Notes under the pieces: generated by a model
Told to the model about the DNA's origin: nothing
Databases searched by the model: none
The model's input: the letters and a program-made list of their open reading frames with translations, nothing else
Shown: positions 1 through 10,092 of the stretch, in pieces
Position numbering within the stretch: position 1 is the stretch's first letter
How the letters are laid out: the number at the start of each line of letters is the position of its first letter
DNA from: a virus
Length of the DNA: 64,000 nucleotides
Reading direction: 5' to 3' (one strand)
IMG/VR virus record: IMGVR_UViG_3300045988_175974
Program-made: the position numbers and the translations under genes

Positions 1-3000
1 TGCGACAAACACGAACCTTTTAATACTCCGCTATCCGTGAGGCTCTTGTACGTGATGGTGTGAGAGTTCTTTGTGTCCGTTGCTGTACCGACTACGGTAA
101 ACAAATCATCTACACGGCATCCATTACGCTTGCTGGATGTATCTGAGTCGAACGTCCAGACTGTACCATACGTTCCTGCGTTATTCCATGTACTCTCATT
201 CCAATCAGTTTTGGTTATGCTGGTTACATTTCCTACGCCCTGCTTGCCTGTGTCTCCCTTCGGTGCTTTGTATGCCCACAGAGCTGGAGAAGACCATAAG
301 CCTTGCGAAACATTAGGCGTACCAACCTTACCCTCGTAATACGATACATAGACATAGCGGTTATCGTCTGTCGGAGATGGTGGGTCATCCACCCAGCCGC
401 TTGATAACTTGCCGTTGCTTCTCGATGGCTTGCTAGGTGGTGTGGAAGAGTTGGAGAGATAGAAGACGTACTCGTATCCGTCACCATCTACGCCAGAGAC
501 GTTTGGAAGAATGGTGAGAGTGATGGTATCAGAATAGCTGGCATTATCCAGTTTTCCGCTAACCTTCACCTTAACAACCTTGCTGCTTTTGCCCAGTGCA
601 TAACTCTTTGCATACGATACGTTGATAGTTGTGCCGCTGATACTTACGCCCGAAGGGAGACTATCGGCTGATACCGAGAGGCTAGAGCAAAGCTTGCCAT
701 CTACCACCAGCGTGCAGGATATAGCTTCGGAGAATGCAGCAAGGGAATTTCCTGCACTATCCGTAGGAATCGTCACGATATAATCTGACAGCGTAGCCTT
801 TGCTGCGTGCTTTCCGAAATGCGCATACTCGGCAGGTTCAGAAAATGCTCCCCAATGACCATTGACAGAAACTCGCTTGCTTACCCATTCGTACAGATTC
901 ACGGCATCCACACCAGTTGGGTCATCCGTCCAACCGCTAGGAACGTATTCCTTGTCGGTTCGTAGATACTCTGCATTCGTACTCCAATCGCTAGGAGTTG
1001 GGTTGCTTGGAGGAGTGGAATCCACCGTGCGCTTGAAGATATACTCGATACCCTTTCCATCCTTGCCGAAAGATACGATAGGAACCATCTCCTGATCGAG
1101 AAGTGAACCCTTGTTGTCATAAAGTGCAAAAGTGATTCGAGTGTGGTCGGTGGATGCTGTTGCGCTGCCGCCTAATGCCAATGCCGTATCAGCCGTATCT
1201 CCGTAGCCATATTTTAGCTGATAGCCCGAAGGAAGCGCTGAGAGTGCATATCTCTTGTCATCGCTCGATGTAGCATACACTTTACAGCTTACGCTACTAA
1301 CGTTTAGATTTCCATCCTTATCTACCACTACACTATCCACGGAAGGCACTACATCATAGACAATCATATCTGCCGAACGGAGAATAGTAAGTTCCTTGGT
1401 ATATTCATAGCTTACACCTGCATACACACCAACCACCGTGATAGGGATCTTGATAATCTGTTCGAGAATATCCGATGTGATATTGTCTGCATCAATCGTA
1501 ACCACTTTCTCCTTGTCCTGCAAGCTGACAGAAGCCTTCAAACCGTTTACCGCTCCTACGCTTAAATCGGAAATCTCCCAAGGAGTGTTCTGGTACATCA
1601 AACTTACCTTTGTTGTGATAGGCAGACCGATGTATTTTGCGGTCTTGGTGTTCCAGGCGATAGAAGCATTTTCGTTGCTCAAATCGCACACCATAAATGG
1701 TAGCGAGTCGTGATGAATGCGGACAGGGAACTCCAGGTTCTTTGTTACCTTGCCTTCCAGTTCTACCACGATAGTAATAGAACAGGCGGAAATCTTGCGC
1801 ATAGCATCGTAATCGAAGTCTGCATCATCAGCAGAGCCAGCTACACCATCCTTAATCTTATTAATGCCAGTAAGGAACACCGCACCATTCTCTACCTTTA
1901 CGTCACAACCGTTGCCGATTGCATATACACGATAATGCCCTGCGGTACATTCCATATTCTTCTCATCTTCGAGAAGAAGCAAATTCTCACCCTTATGAGC
2001 AAAGATAGCAGTGGAGATACGGTATTGCTTGACTCCTGCTTCATCGACCGACCACAGACCATTAATCACGTTGCCCAAATCATCCACCGTAATAACGGCG
2101 GCAGGCTGCGACATCGTGACATCATAGGCAGCTACATCGAGTTTCAGGCTATCCAAATCCTTAATCTGAGAGAGCGTAATCACGGCTCCACCGAGATACA
2201 CATTGTTCTGAGCAAAAAGACCATTACCCTTCAGGTTCTCCCAAGTGCCATCAGTCTTCTTCACTCGCAATCCTCCGAGCCAACCATATCTCGTTACTCG
2301 GTTTTCTGCCTGAATCTCCCAAGTATTCACGCCGTCGAGTACCTCGATGTAGCTTCTGCCGCGAGAGCAAAAGTACATACTGCTCTGTCGCTGCTCGTCC
2401 GTGAAGTTACCATATTGAGCGAAATCCATAAAGGCACAAGGATCAGGAGTTCCCTCGGAACGCTTACCGTACTCAAAGACAAACTTGCCTTTCTCTGCCG
2501 TGATAATCTTCTTGACGTAGAAATAGGTCGTGAAGAAACCTCGGTGCATAGTGAAACCGCATTCATCCATCTCACCCTCGTTGTTGGTATCAGAGCCGTA
2601 GGCATTCTCAATATCAGCATAGATACCTCGGCAAATATCACCTACGGACAGAGAACCGTAATCATTCTCTTCTAGTTTCAAATCGATGGTATGGTTGGTT
2701 ACGTCCACACTCTTGATAGTACCATAGCCGTTGGTGTTCCACTGCTCCGCTTTTGTAACGGAAATCTCATTGAAGACGAATTTCGGGGCAGAAATAAACT
2801 GTCGGGCAAAGATGGAATTGGCTTCCATATTGCCGTGCTCGTCAATCTGCGCTCCGTGGCCATACAAACCCTGCTCGAAATTATTGGTAAGGAACTTGAA
2901 TACCGAAAGAACACCTTCTCGTGTCCATTGTCCGGCATTATCGCCAATATCCATACCTGCCAGGAACTTCTGCACCTTTTCAAAGGTAATCGCGCCATGG

Positions 3001-3746
3001 GCTACATCATCCTTGTCTTTCGCCAGGAAATGCTTCACGCCAAACTGACCCAGATATAGAGGAGTAACCACCTTCGTGTTATCCGTCTCCAGGCTGAGAT
3101 CATTGGCTACGCCATTCAACTCGCTACCTCCGAGGGATAGCTTCGTGATTTTTGCAACCTTGGCAGTCAGCGTATCAAAGGTGGCAGAGAGGATGGTTTT
3201 GAGGAAGGAGATGGAATCGGTGACGGAATTATACTTCCACCAGGTGCCATCGATACCGCTCGAAAGGGATTCGTCGGTATTCAGTTTTCCACAATCCACG
3301 TGCTGGAGCCAGTCACGCTTGCGGGTCTTGCCATCTGCATCGGTTCTTACTTCAGAGATGATGCCCTGCAGATAGATGTAGTAGTATCTCTCGTCGCCTA
3401 CCAGCTTGTCGGGATTGGCGATGGAGTAGCCGTATAGATCGATGCGCTCGCTCGGATATACCACCACGGCGGTATTGTTGTCGGCGGTGCTCGTGCGGGG
3501 GATGGCTGCATAGATGTACTTCCGCTCGGAATCAGGGAAGACGGAAGGGTAGGCAGCAAGAGGCCAGCGCTGGTAGTTATGACCGGCATCGTACTCCAGA
3601 CCCGGAATGCCCTGCATATAGCAGAGGATGGATGCGCCGGAGACTACGCTACACTGAATGTAATCTGGCTCACCCATCGCATTAAGCTGGATGTAAAGCG
3701 CACTGCTCGAAATCCAATAATTCGTATTCTTTGCTTCTGTTGCCAT
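1..3746 (-). CDS. Large tail fibre / receptor-binding-type virion protein, cut by the window edge (>=1248 aa)
   Basis: ATG at 3746 (MATEAKNTNYWISSSALYIQLNAMGEPDY...). Hand translation of ~750 nt shows no stop. The ORF track lists no minus-strand ORF in this frame, as expected if it stays open to position 1. Plus-strand ORFs here are antisense shadows. Function is inferred from size and position only. Confidence 0.6.
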   Translation of the reverse strand, partial: MATEAKNTNYWISSSALYIQLNAMGEPDYIQCSVVSGASILCYMQGIPGLEYDAGHNYQRWPLAAYPSVFPDSERKYIYAAIPRTSTADNNTAVVVYPSERIDLYGYSIANPDKLVGDERYYYIYLQGIISEVRTDADGKTRKRDWLQHVDCGKLNTDESLSSGIDGTWWKYNSVTDSISFLKTILSATFDTLTAKVAKITKLSLGGSELNGVANDLSLETDNTKVVTPLYLGQFGVKHFLAKDKDDVAHGAITFEKVQKFLAGMDIGDNAGQWTREGVLSVFKFLTNNFEQGLYGHGAQIDEHGNMEANSIFARQFISAPKFVFNEISVTKAEQWNTNGYGTIKSVDVTNHTIDLKLEENDYGSLSVGDICRGIYADIENAYGSDTNNEGEMDECGFTMHRGFFTTYFYVKKIITAEKGKFVFEYGKRSEGTPDPCAFMDFAQYGNFTDEQRQSSMYFCSRGRSYIEVLDGVNTWEIQAENRVTRYGWLGGLRVKKTDGTWENLKGNGLFAQNNVYLGGAVITLSQIKDLDSLKLDVAAYDVTMSQPAAVITVDDLGNVINGLWSVDEAGVKQYRISTAIFAHKGENLLLLEDEKNMECTAGHYRVYAIGNGCDVKVENGAVFLTGINKIKDGVAGSADDADFDYDAMRKISACSITIVVELEGKVTKNLEFPVRIHHDSLPFMVCDLSNENASIAWNTKTAKYIGLPITTKVSLMYQNTPWEISDLSVGAVNGLKASVSLQDKEKVVTIDADNITSDILEQIIKIPITVVGVYAGVSYEYTKELTILRSADMIVYDVVPSVDSVVVDKDGNLNVSSVSCKVYATSSDDKRYALSALPSGYQLKYGYGDTADTALALGGSATASTDHTRITFALYDNKGSLLDQEMVPIVSFGKDGKGIEYIFKRTVDSTPPSNPTPSDWSTNAEYLRTDKEYVPSGWTDDPTGVDAVNLYEWVSKRVSVNGHWGAFSEPAEYAHFGKHAAKATLSDYIVTIPTDSAGNSLAAFSEAISCTLVVDGKLCSSLSVSADSLPSGVSISGTTINVSYAKSYALGKSSKVVKVKVSGKLDNASYSDTITLTILPNVSGVDGDGYEYVFYLSNSSTPPSKPSRSNGKLSSGWVDDPPSPTDDNRYVYVSYYEGKVGTPNVSQGLWSSPALWAYKAPKGDTGKQGVGNVTSITKTDWNESTWNNAGTYGTVWTFDSDTSSKRNGCRVDDLFTVVGTATDTKNSHTITYKSLTDSGVLKGSCLS

Positions 3747-3778
3747 TTTTTTGTTTGGATTTTTATTCATTTATAGGG

Positions 3779-3815
3779 CAAAGATAAAGGTTTTTGCGGT
3801 TTTAAGGGGGACAAA
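3779..3815 (-). promoter_or_regulatory. Late-type promoter P1 (tail fibre)
   Basis: Minus strand: TTTGTCCCCC-N20-TATCTTTG. The gap between TTTG and TAnnTTTG is exactly 25 nt. Confidence 0.7.
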
Positions 3816-3960
3816 AAAGCTTTTGCCCTTTCAGGGCGCATTGATGCTGCTGCCATTACCCAGGGTGTTACCCTGGGCTAGGAGCTGCTGCCCCTTCAGG
3901 GCGTATAGACGACGATAAGGGCAGCAGGGCGTATAGGCGATGATAGGACTGCAGGGCGTG
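3815..3960 (-). repeat. Triple-hairpin element, copy A (extended with extra CAGGGCGT units)
   Basis: AAAAGCTTTT + GCCCTttcAGGGC (3825-3837) ... CCCAGGGtgttaCCCTGGG (3859-3877) CTAGGAGCTGCTG ccccttcagggcg, then two or three further cagggcgt units up to 3960. Confidence 0.9.
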
Positions 3961-3964
3961 CTGG

Positions 3965-5014
3965 CTAGAGGTAGGGACTTCCGTTGATGTCGAGCTTGGC
4001 TGTGAAGGAAACAGAGTACATATTCTGCGTGGTATTATCGCTGATCGTTATCTCGTCCTCCTGGGTGATGGTGCAGGAGAGCCAGGTATCTTTTACCTTC
4101 AGCCAGACGTGCTCACTCATCAGAAACTCGTGAAGGTACCAGTAGAGCCAGGCGGTATCGAGGGGGTCGCTCTGATAAAGCCACGACTCACGGTTATTCT
4201 GCTTCTTGATAGCGGACCGGGAGAAGGTATTGAAGGTTTCCTGCACGGCTATTGTATAAGGGGTGGTTTCTACCGAAAGCTTCTTGCTGTAGGCTTTCGG
4301 GATATTGATGCTCTCCAGGCAGCCACGGGCATTGATGAAGCGGAAGGTACTGCGGGTTTCGGCTTCCGAGGATGGCAGAGCATAGAGGGCGTGACCGCCA
4401 ATAGTCTGCGAGCCTTCCTTTGTGATTTTCTGTTCGGAAGAGGTAGGAGCGGTGAGTGCGGTGCTGGATGCCAATATCTGTGAAGAGACATAGGAGACTG
4501 GGTAGGAGAAGGATTCGCCTACAACGGTGACTTCGGGGATAGAAGTTGGCTTTCGGGAGAAGTCTTTTACTGCTGGGGATGGATTGGATAGAATGCGCTC
4601 CATATCCGACATGGCTCCTGCTATGCAGCGAAGGTCAGTATCGGTACCTGCGACAGGCTTCTGGGGATAATAGACCTCGCCTACACCGGTATGCACTTCG
4701 CCGTTTTTGTTCATATACTCATCGTAGGCTTTTATGTACCATCTTACGAGCGGGAAGGTTTTTGTGGTGGCGGTGTACGGGAAATTGTCGAGAGGGATGC
4801 GGAGTGCAGAGGAGACATCCAGGGCTACGTTATTGCCTTCGGTGGTGACGGGTACCGTGAGCTTCACGGTTTCGTAGCTTCCTCCGTTATCAAAGTTTAC
4901 TTCTATGATGACACGGTGGAAGGAGGGGCTATCCAGCGTTTCGGGCTGGATGGTGAAGGTGATGGGGTTTCCGGCAAAAATGGAACCCGATGTGAGATTA
5001 ATTTTCTTTGCCAT
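3965..5014 (-). CDS. Hypothetical protein (349 aa), last gene of the KS-ACP operon
   Basis: Track ORF. Its ATG lies 1 nt after the ACP stop, so it is translationally coupled. No catalytic motif recognised. The C-terminus is beta-rich and aromatic-rich. Confidence 0.6.
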   Translation of the reverse strand: MAKKINLTSGSIFAGNPITFTIQPETLDSPSFHRVIIEVNFDNGGSYETVKLTVPVTTEGNNVALDVSSALRIPLDNFPYTATTKTFPLVRWYIKAYDEYMNKNGEVHTGVGEVYYPQKPVAGTDTDLRCIAGAMSDMERILSNPSPAVKDFSRKPTSIPEVTVVGESFSYPVSYVSSQILASSTALTAPTSSEQKITKEGSQTIGGHALYALPSSEAETRSTFRFINARGCLESINIPKAYSKKLSVETTPYTIAVQETFNTFSRSAIKKQNNRESWLYQSDPLDTAWLYWYLHEFLMSEHVWLKVKDTWLSCTITQEDEITISDNTTQNMYSVSFTAKLDINGSPYL

Positions 5015-5015
5015 A

Positions 5016-5261
5016 TTATTCTTTCTTTTTAATTACGAGATTGGCTATATCCGAAACAAGCTTGCAATCTTTCGCCTCTTCGGGGGTAATCTTGATGTGG
5101 AACATCATTTCTACCTGCTGAATGAGATCGAGGAAATCGATGGATTCTAGCTGAACCTCATCACGAAGATTGGAAGAGGGAGTTACCTCGTGGTTGACCC
5201 ATGAGGTTTTCAGTCTGTTTACGATGGCGATAATGCGAGGAGTTATTTCTTCTTTTTTCAT
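5016..5261 (-). CDS. Acyl carrier protein
   Basis: 81 aa and acidic. VQLESIDFLDLIQQVEMMF matches the ACP helix-2 phosphopantetheinyl-serine context (D/E-S-[LI]-D). It starts 2 nt after the KS stop. Confidence 0.8.
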   Translation of the reverse strand: MKKEEITPRIIAIVNRLKTSWVNHEVTPSSNLRDEVQLESIDFLDLIQQVEMMFHIKITPEEAKDCKLVSDIANLVIKKKE

Positions 5262-5263
5262 AA

Positions 5264-6466
5264 CTATGCTTTTGAGATGATAAAGGATGAATTGGTACCG
5301 CCAAAACCGAAGGCGTTACAGAGAATATGGTGAGGTGCATAGAGCTTCGGGCGCATCACCAGATTGAGGGATGGGAAGGCATTCTCCTCGGTCGTTACCG
5401 CGCCAAAGAGACTGCCGTAGGTGAGCATCATCACGGCTTGCACGGCTTGCGATACGCCTGCCATCCAACACTCATGACCGGTTAAGCCTTTCGTGGCTAC
5501 TACGTTCGGACAGATAGGAAAAATCCTTGTGATGGCGTTGGCTTCGGCTTCATCTCCCATTGGGGTACCGGTGGCGTGAGCGAGAACGACATCTATCATA
5601 CCTTCGTCCAATCCTGCGTTCTCAATGGCGTGAAGCATGGATACTTCCTCCTGATAGGTATCGGGGGTAGTGATGGCTTTTCCATTAGACGAGAAACCAT
5701 AGCCGGAAAGAGAAGCGAAGGAATGCACTTTCTCTTCTTTCAGACGAAAGCTATCCGATGGTTCGAGGATGATACAGGCTGCGCCACCTGATGGTGCCAA
5801 TCCGTTTCTACCTTTGCCAAACGGCTGCACCTTATCGGGTGAGAAGACACCGAGGGCATCGAATGCTTCCATGCAGTATTGAGATCCGCATTCCTGCGCG
5901 CCAATCACGATTACCATTTCCGTCTGCTTGCTATTGAGAAGCATCTTGGCAAGACCAATAGCGTGACCTCCTCCGGCACATGCTGCGCTTACGGTAAGCG
6001 ATAAGCCGTGGATATGAAGGATAGATGCCAGGTTCATACTGATAGTGGAGTTGAGCGAACGGAACAATGTTTCTACAGACAATGTTCTGTTATGTACTCC
6101 ATAGCCTATATGATTCACCACCGACCGACTTTCGTAGCATTCAGAATCATTACTTACGATAATAGACACGTTGTGATTTTCAAGAAAATCCTTACTAATT
6201 TTTGCTTCTTTTAAAGCTTCAAATACTGCATCGAGTACATAAAAGCCATGAAGGGGCAGGCATGCTCTCTGCGCACGAGTGAGAATTTCGTTATATTCTT
6301 CTACCCAAACAGGCACATTGCCGCATAAATCGGAATTGTATTTATCGCGGCATTCGTCGTGATGCAATCCGCATTTACCCTTATAAAGGTTCATGGCTAC
6401 TTCTCTGGTACTTCTGCCTAGGGCAGAATGAATACCTGTTCCGGTAATTAATATCTTTTTATCCAT
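5264..6466 (-). CDS. Beta-ketoacyl-ACP synthase, KAS I/II (FabB/FabF) type
   Basis: 400 aa. Active-site Cys in VSAACAGGGHAIG, His in LAHATGTPMGD, second His in KGLTGHECWMAG, and a C-terminal NAFGFGGTNSSFII. Confidence 0.9.
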   Translation of the reverse strand: MDKKILITGTGIHSALGRSTREVAMNLYKGKCGLHHDECRDKYNSDLCGNVPVWVEEYNEILTRAQRACLPLHGFYVLDAVFEALKEAKISKDFLENHNVSIIVSNDSECYESRSVVNHIGYGVHNRTLSVETLFRSLNSTISMNLASILHIHGLSLTVSAACAGGGHAIGLAKMLLNSKQTEMVIVIGAQECGSQYCMEAFDALGVFSPDKVQPFGKGRNGLAPSGGAACIILEPSDSFRLKEEKVHSFASLSGYGFSSNGKAITTPDTYQEEVSMLHAIENAGLDEGMIDVVLAHATGTPMGDEAEANAITRIFPICPNVVATKGLTGHECWMAGVSQAVQAVMMLTYGSLFGAVTTEENAFPSLNLVMRPKLYAPHHILCNAFGFGGTNSSFIISKA

Positions 6467-6509
6467 TTTATTATTCTTTTTATGTTATAAAACATATTTT
6501 TTTTATCTG

Positions 6510-6598
6510 AAAGCTTTTGCCCTTACAGGGCGACATAAACCACATTCCATATACCCAGGGTGTTGCCCTGGGCTAGGAGCTTCTGCCTTTACAGGGCG
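6510..6598 (-). repeat. Triple-hairpin element, copy B
   Basis: AAAGCTTTT + GCCCTtacAGGGC (6519-6531) ... CCCAGGGtgttgCCCTGGG (6554-6572) CTAGGAGCTTCTG cctttacagggcg. It overlaps the last codons of the 949-aa gene. Confidence 0.9.
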
Positions 6599-9438
6599 TA
6601 CACAGTTAACTCTACTTCGCCCATACCCGTCTTGGCATCAATGGTGGTATTCACCTTGTCAATGAGGCATTTCATACCGCCTATGTTCCACCAATCCTGC
6701 CAGTGATTCGGTATATCGGCAACTTGTGCTACGGTGGTGGTGCATCTTACCATGAACTTCTTTCTGTTCAGAAGGAAGTAGGCGTAGGGAAGAATGAAGG
6801 TGTCAAAGAGGCCGCGAGAGCGGATTTTAGTCACTACCTTGCCGTTCTCATCTACTTCATCGGCATTGCAGAGTACCAAATCCTTATACTTCGGATCTTT
6901 TAGCCACGATGGTTCCTTGAAGGCTCGTATCTTCAGAGAAAAACGCTCACCATCACCTACACCTTCCTGCACACCGTTATAATCAAACACGTTGCCCATC
7001 ATATCCAGCGAGTCGCAAGCTAGGGCATACTTACCCGATACGGTGCGCCATTTGGAGGTTCCGAAATGATCGTAGTTGTAATCGTAAGACTGTCGGGTAG
7101 CATCGCTACCACCGCCACGCATCAATGCAACCGCAAAGCCCCATCGTGAATCATCCTGCAACGGAGAATTGCCATCATCGGTATCCGACGGGTCGTAGCT
7201 TTCTACAAGCGATAGGGTTTGCTGCATATAAAAATCGCAGAAAGCAGTGGAAATAGTCTGATTGATAATCTGCTCAACAAACTCATGCTCCATATCCTCA
7301 TCTACATAAGCGCAGAGAATAGGCTGACTATCGGCAATGGTTACACCATATTTCTTGCCGTTATAGGAGTCGATTGCCTCGTGAGAGCCATAGGCAGCCT
7401 CTATCTCTTTGAAATAATTGACATCATTAAACGGAACAGGAGTAAAATCTACCGAAATATCGTGAACGAAATCTTCGTTTTCATCACTGCAATCTCCATA
7501 TTCCACACCCTTGAACTGGCCTACCTCAAAGAGTACCGGTTTCAAGTCGGCTGTCGTGGTTGCATCACTATTCACCTTTACGCGATAAGCGTTGCCAGTC
7601 TTGCGGTCGATATAGCAGTGCTTATCTCCACTACTCAGATTATGGAAGAAATCGATGTAGTCGAGATTATAGACGGTGGAGTTATCGCCACTATCAGGCG
7701 CAGGGTAATCGATGTAATCGTAATCGGTAGAATAACCCATATTCTTGTTTTTGCGGCTATCGAGCACATTCTGCCGCTGATCTTTTGCGTCGCTCTCTGC
7801 CGAATAGCGCATACGTACACCGGTAATCTTTTCGGTCATCGGGACCATGGAGTGGATATTGGCATGGAAAGTTCTCGCCTCGTTGCCGCTCTTGCGTAAC
7901 ACATCACGGGTAAGGTAAGCTGTTACCTTCTTCTGTTCGTAATCATACGAAAACTTGATACCAAAGGCGCTTTCAAGTGAAGAGATAACGGAACTTACGC
8001 TCTCATCAGGGAAATTGCCGCTGTTGGCTACCATATTGAGTACGTTTGCCTGCACCTTGAACTTGCTGATTTTTGCCTCGATGCTGATACCAGTGACCTT
8101 GCCGCCATCATCACGAACCTCGCCAACCTGTATATGCTCGGTGGTGCCTTCGGGTGTGTGGAGTGTTAATTCCTGCACGTCCTTATTCTCTGCCTTCACG
8201 ATGTTTATCTTTCCGCCGCAACCACGGCTTTCCAGCCATGAATTGATATGCTCCTGACTTTGAAAATAACCCGTCTTGATTTCGCCAGCTTTCTTCTTCT
8301 TGGCGATGACTTCGGCATCGTCTTTTCGATAATAAGTGCCATGGTGAGTGTGAAGACCAGGTTGTTTTGCACCCGTAGGGTCTTCCTCGTCGTACTGGTA
8401 GCTGACAGTATCGTAACTGCATACGGTCGTGAAGAAGCAGAGATGCTTCAAATCCTCTATCTCCATCAATGCCTTCTTGTCGAAAGTTACGCCCAGATAG
8501 GCAAAAAGGCAATCGAGGAAATAGAGCACATAGAAGCAGATACCCGACTGCGGACGTTTTGCATCCAATACCCAGTAAGGATAAAGGTCTTCGTTCGTCC
8601 AGGTGCAATCTTTTATGCTGATTACATCACTTGCGGTCTTTCCGTCATCATCTAACCCGTGATGCTTATAGCAGATACGAGCGTTACAATAGGTAGCGGC
8701 TCTGCCTGCACCATCTGTTTCACCATAAGCTGCTGCGGTATTGATATAATTGCCATTGCTGGCAATGACTGGCTCATTTACCTTGTGATTCTGAGGATAA
8801 GAACGCTCTGAAAGCTTCCGTGCATCACCCATATAATGCTGGGTAGATGTAGAAGTGTATTCATTGCAGCTTGCAGGGTAGGAAAAACCTAAGGCTTGCG
8901 GTTCCAAGACCTTGCTTACGCTTACATGGTCTGCCCTAATTTCGTGGTTTTCCGTATGATCATGCTTATGCTTGCCTCCAGTAACAAATACATCTACCTT
9001 TACTACCGGATCACTTTCAATATCCACCCTTACGTTTCCTATCTTCTCGCCGATGATAATCTGGTCCTTCACCGGAATATCTCGGCACTGCAGGTCGCTG
9101 ATAAGCTCGCTGAAACTCTGCGTGCTGGCATCGATATTCATGCTGAGTGAATTGGTTATTTCCTCACCATCCTGCATAACCAGGGTACCGCTGCGGAAAG
9201 GCAGTCCGTCGGCATTGATACGAGTAGGCAGGTGCTCCATGTTGACGGCTCTTACCGCCGCATGCACGTCCTCAATGTTCTTTACCAGCCAACGGTTGCC
9301 GTCTAGCGGAATGGAAAATGGATAGGAGAACATTTCCGTATCGTTGAATACCGGATTCTGATCCTCTATATCTATAGAGAAATCATCGGGCAGAGCCACC
9401 GGCTTATCTTTGATTAATATAGAGAGATGCGAGTTCAT
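6589..9438 (-). CDS. Large virion protein (949 aa), baseplate/tail-tip candidate
   Basis: Track ORF with a 4-nt ATGA overlap with the upstream gene. Function is inferred from size and position only. Confidence 0.5.
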   Translation of the reverse strand: MNSHLSILIKDKPVALPDDFSIDIEDQNPVFNDTEMFSYPFSIPLDGNRWLVKNIEDVHAAVRAVNMEHLPTRINADGLPFRSGTLVMQDGEEITNSLSMNIDASTQSFSELISDLQCRDIPVKDQIIIGEKIGNVRVDIESDPVVKVDVFVTGGKHKHDHTENHEIRADHVSVSKVLEPQALGFSYPASCNEYTSTSTQHYMGDARKLSERSYPQNHKVNEPVIASNGNYINTAAAYGETDGAGRAATYCNARICYKHHGLDDDGKTASDVISIKDCTWTNEDLYPYWVLDAKRPQSGICFYVLYFLDCLFAYLGVTFDKKALMEIEDLKHLCFFTTVCSYDTVSYQYDEEDPTGAKQPGLHTHHGTYYRKDDAEVIAKKKKAGEIKTGYFQSQEHINSWLESRGCGGKINIVKAENKDVQELTLHTPEGTTEHIQVGEVRDDGGKVTGISIEAKISKFKVQANVLNMVANSGNFPDESVSSVISSLESAFGIKFSYDYEQKKVTAYLTRDVLRKSGNEARTFHANIHSMVPMTEKITGVRMRYSAESDAKDQRQNVLDSRKNKNMGYSTDYDYIDYPAPDSGDNSTVYNLDYIDFFHNLSSGDKHCYIDRKTGNAYRVKVNSDATTTADLKPVLFEVGQFKGVEYGDCSDENEDFVHDISVDFTPVPFNDVNYFKEIEAAYGSHEAIDSYNGKKYGVTIADSQPILCAYVDEDMEHEFVEQIINQTISTAFCDFYMQQTLSLVESYDPSDTDDGNSPLQDDSRWGFAVALMRGGGSDATRQSYDYNYDHFGTSKWRTVSGKYALACDSLDMMGNVFDYNGVQEGVGDGERFSLKIRAFKEPSWLKDPKYKDLVLCNADEVDENGKVVTKIRSRGLFDTFILPYAYFLLNRKKFMVRCTTTVAQVADIPNHWQDWWNIGGMKCLIDKVNTTIDAKTGMGEVELTVYAL

Positions 9439-10088
9439 TTTCTGATTTCTATTTTTGCGTTATCGTATAAGTCTATGAGGCGATGGGTAAAGGTGTCGAT
9501 GAGCGCCGTACCAAAGGCATTGATTTTTTGGTGCCCATAGTCGTGAAGGGTGCCATCGGTAATGAAGACTACACTCTGGTCGTAGCTCTCTGCCTCGTTG
9601 CAAGTTACCATGTGGGCATAGTTTCGGGCGATGCCGTAACCTGCCTTGATGGTTGCCTTGCTGCCATTCAACAACTCTATCTTGCAGCCTTCATTCATTA
9701 CGAGGGCGGTAGCGGCATTATGGAGGATGACGTGCGCCTTACCAAGGACGTATATCTTTCGGGAAGAGTAGAGGTGGATTTCCTCGTCGGTATCACCCAC
9801 AAGGACGGTACCTGTAGGCGAGTCTTCATTATAGAAGATTCCACCCAGGTTAATATCTGCCTTAAACTCCGGATATACTGCCCTGAAAGCATCGATTACC
9901 TGCTGCGGTACCTCGGTGATTAAGCCGTGCCAATATTTGCGCCATGCCTCGCACATCTCGGGAATGCTCTGCGTGCTCTTGAAAGCATGCTGGGATTCCT
10001 GGCAGTTGCCACTCTGGGCAAGGATATGGACGCAAAGGGTCTTGAAACGCTGCGTGCGCTGTTCGGGGGTTTCTTTATTCTTTGTCAT
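9435..10088 (-). CDS. Hypothetical protein (217 aa)
   Basis: Track ORF on the coding strand, overlapping its neighbour by 4 nt. Confidence 0.55.
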   Translation of the reverse strand: MTKNKETPEQRTQRFKTLCVHILAQSGNCQESQHAFKSTQSIPEMCEAWRKYWHGLITEVPQQVIDAFRAVYPEFKADINLGGIFYNEDSPTGTVLVGDTDEEIHLYSSRKIYVLGKAHVILHNAATALVMNEGCKIELLNGSKATIKAGYGIARNYAHMVTCNEAESYDQSVVFITDGTLHDYGHQKINAFGTALIDTFTHRLIDLYDNAKIEIRK

Positions 10089-10092
10089 TTTT

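Noticed and set aside
1710-2675. Long plus-strand ORFs (1710..2675, 7219..7899, 17525..18037, 19545..20306, 20620..21150, 22058..22669, 29481..30008, 32211..32756, 34172..34777, 37592..38254, 39205..39741, 40770..41453).
   Set aside because: All lie antisense to longer minus-strand genes with recognisable motifs. Their translations are low-complexity or Leu/Ile/Ser-rich shadow sequences without start-site context.
1-3776. The absence of any long ORF in the track at the left end suggested stop-codon reassignment or a non-coding region.
   Set aside because: Hand translation from the ATG at 3746 on the minus strand gives a clean protein with standard-code codons and no stop for at least 750 nt. 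The track only reports ORFs closed by a stop inside the window, and this one runs off the edge. There is no sign of recoding elsewhere, since all other genes close normally.
1-9438. A diversity-generating retroelement acting on the tail-fibre genes.
   Set aside because: No reverse transcriptase gene and no template/variable repeat pair are detectable in the window.
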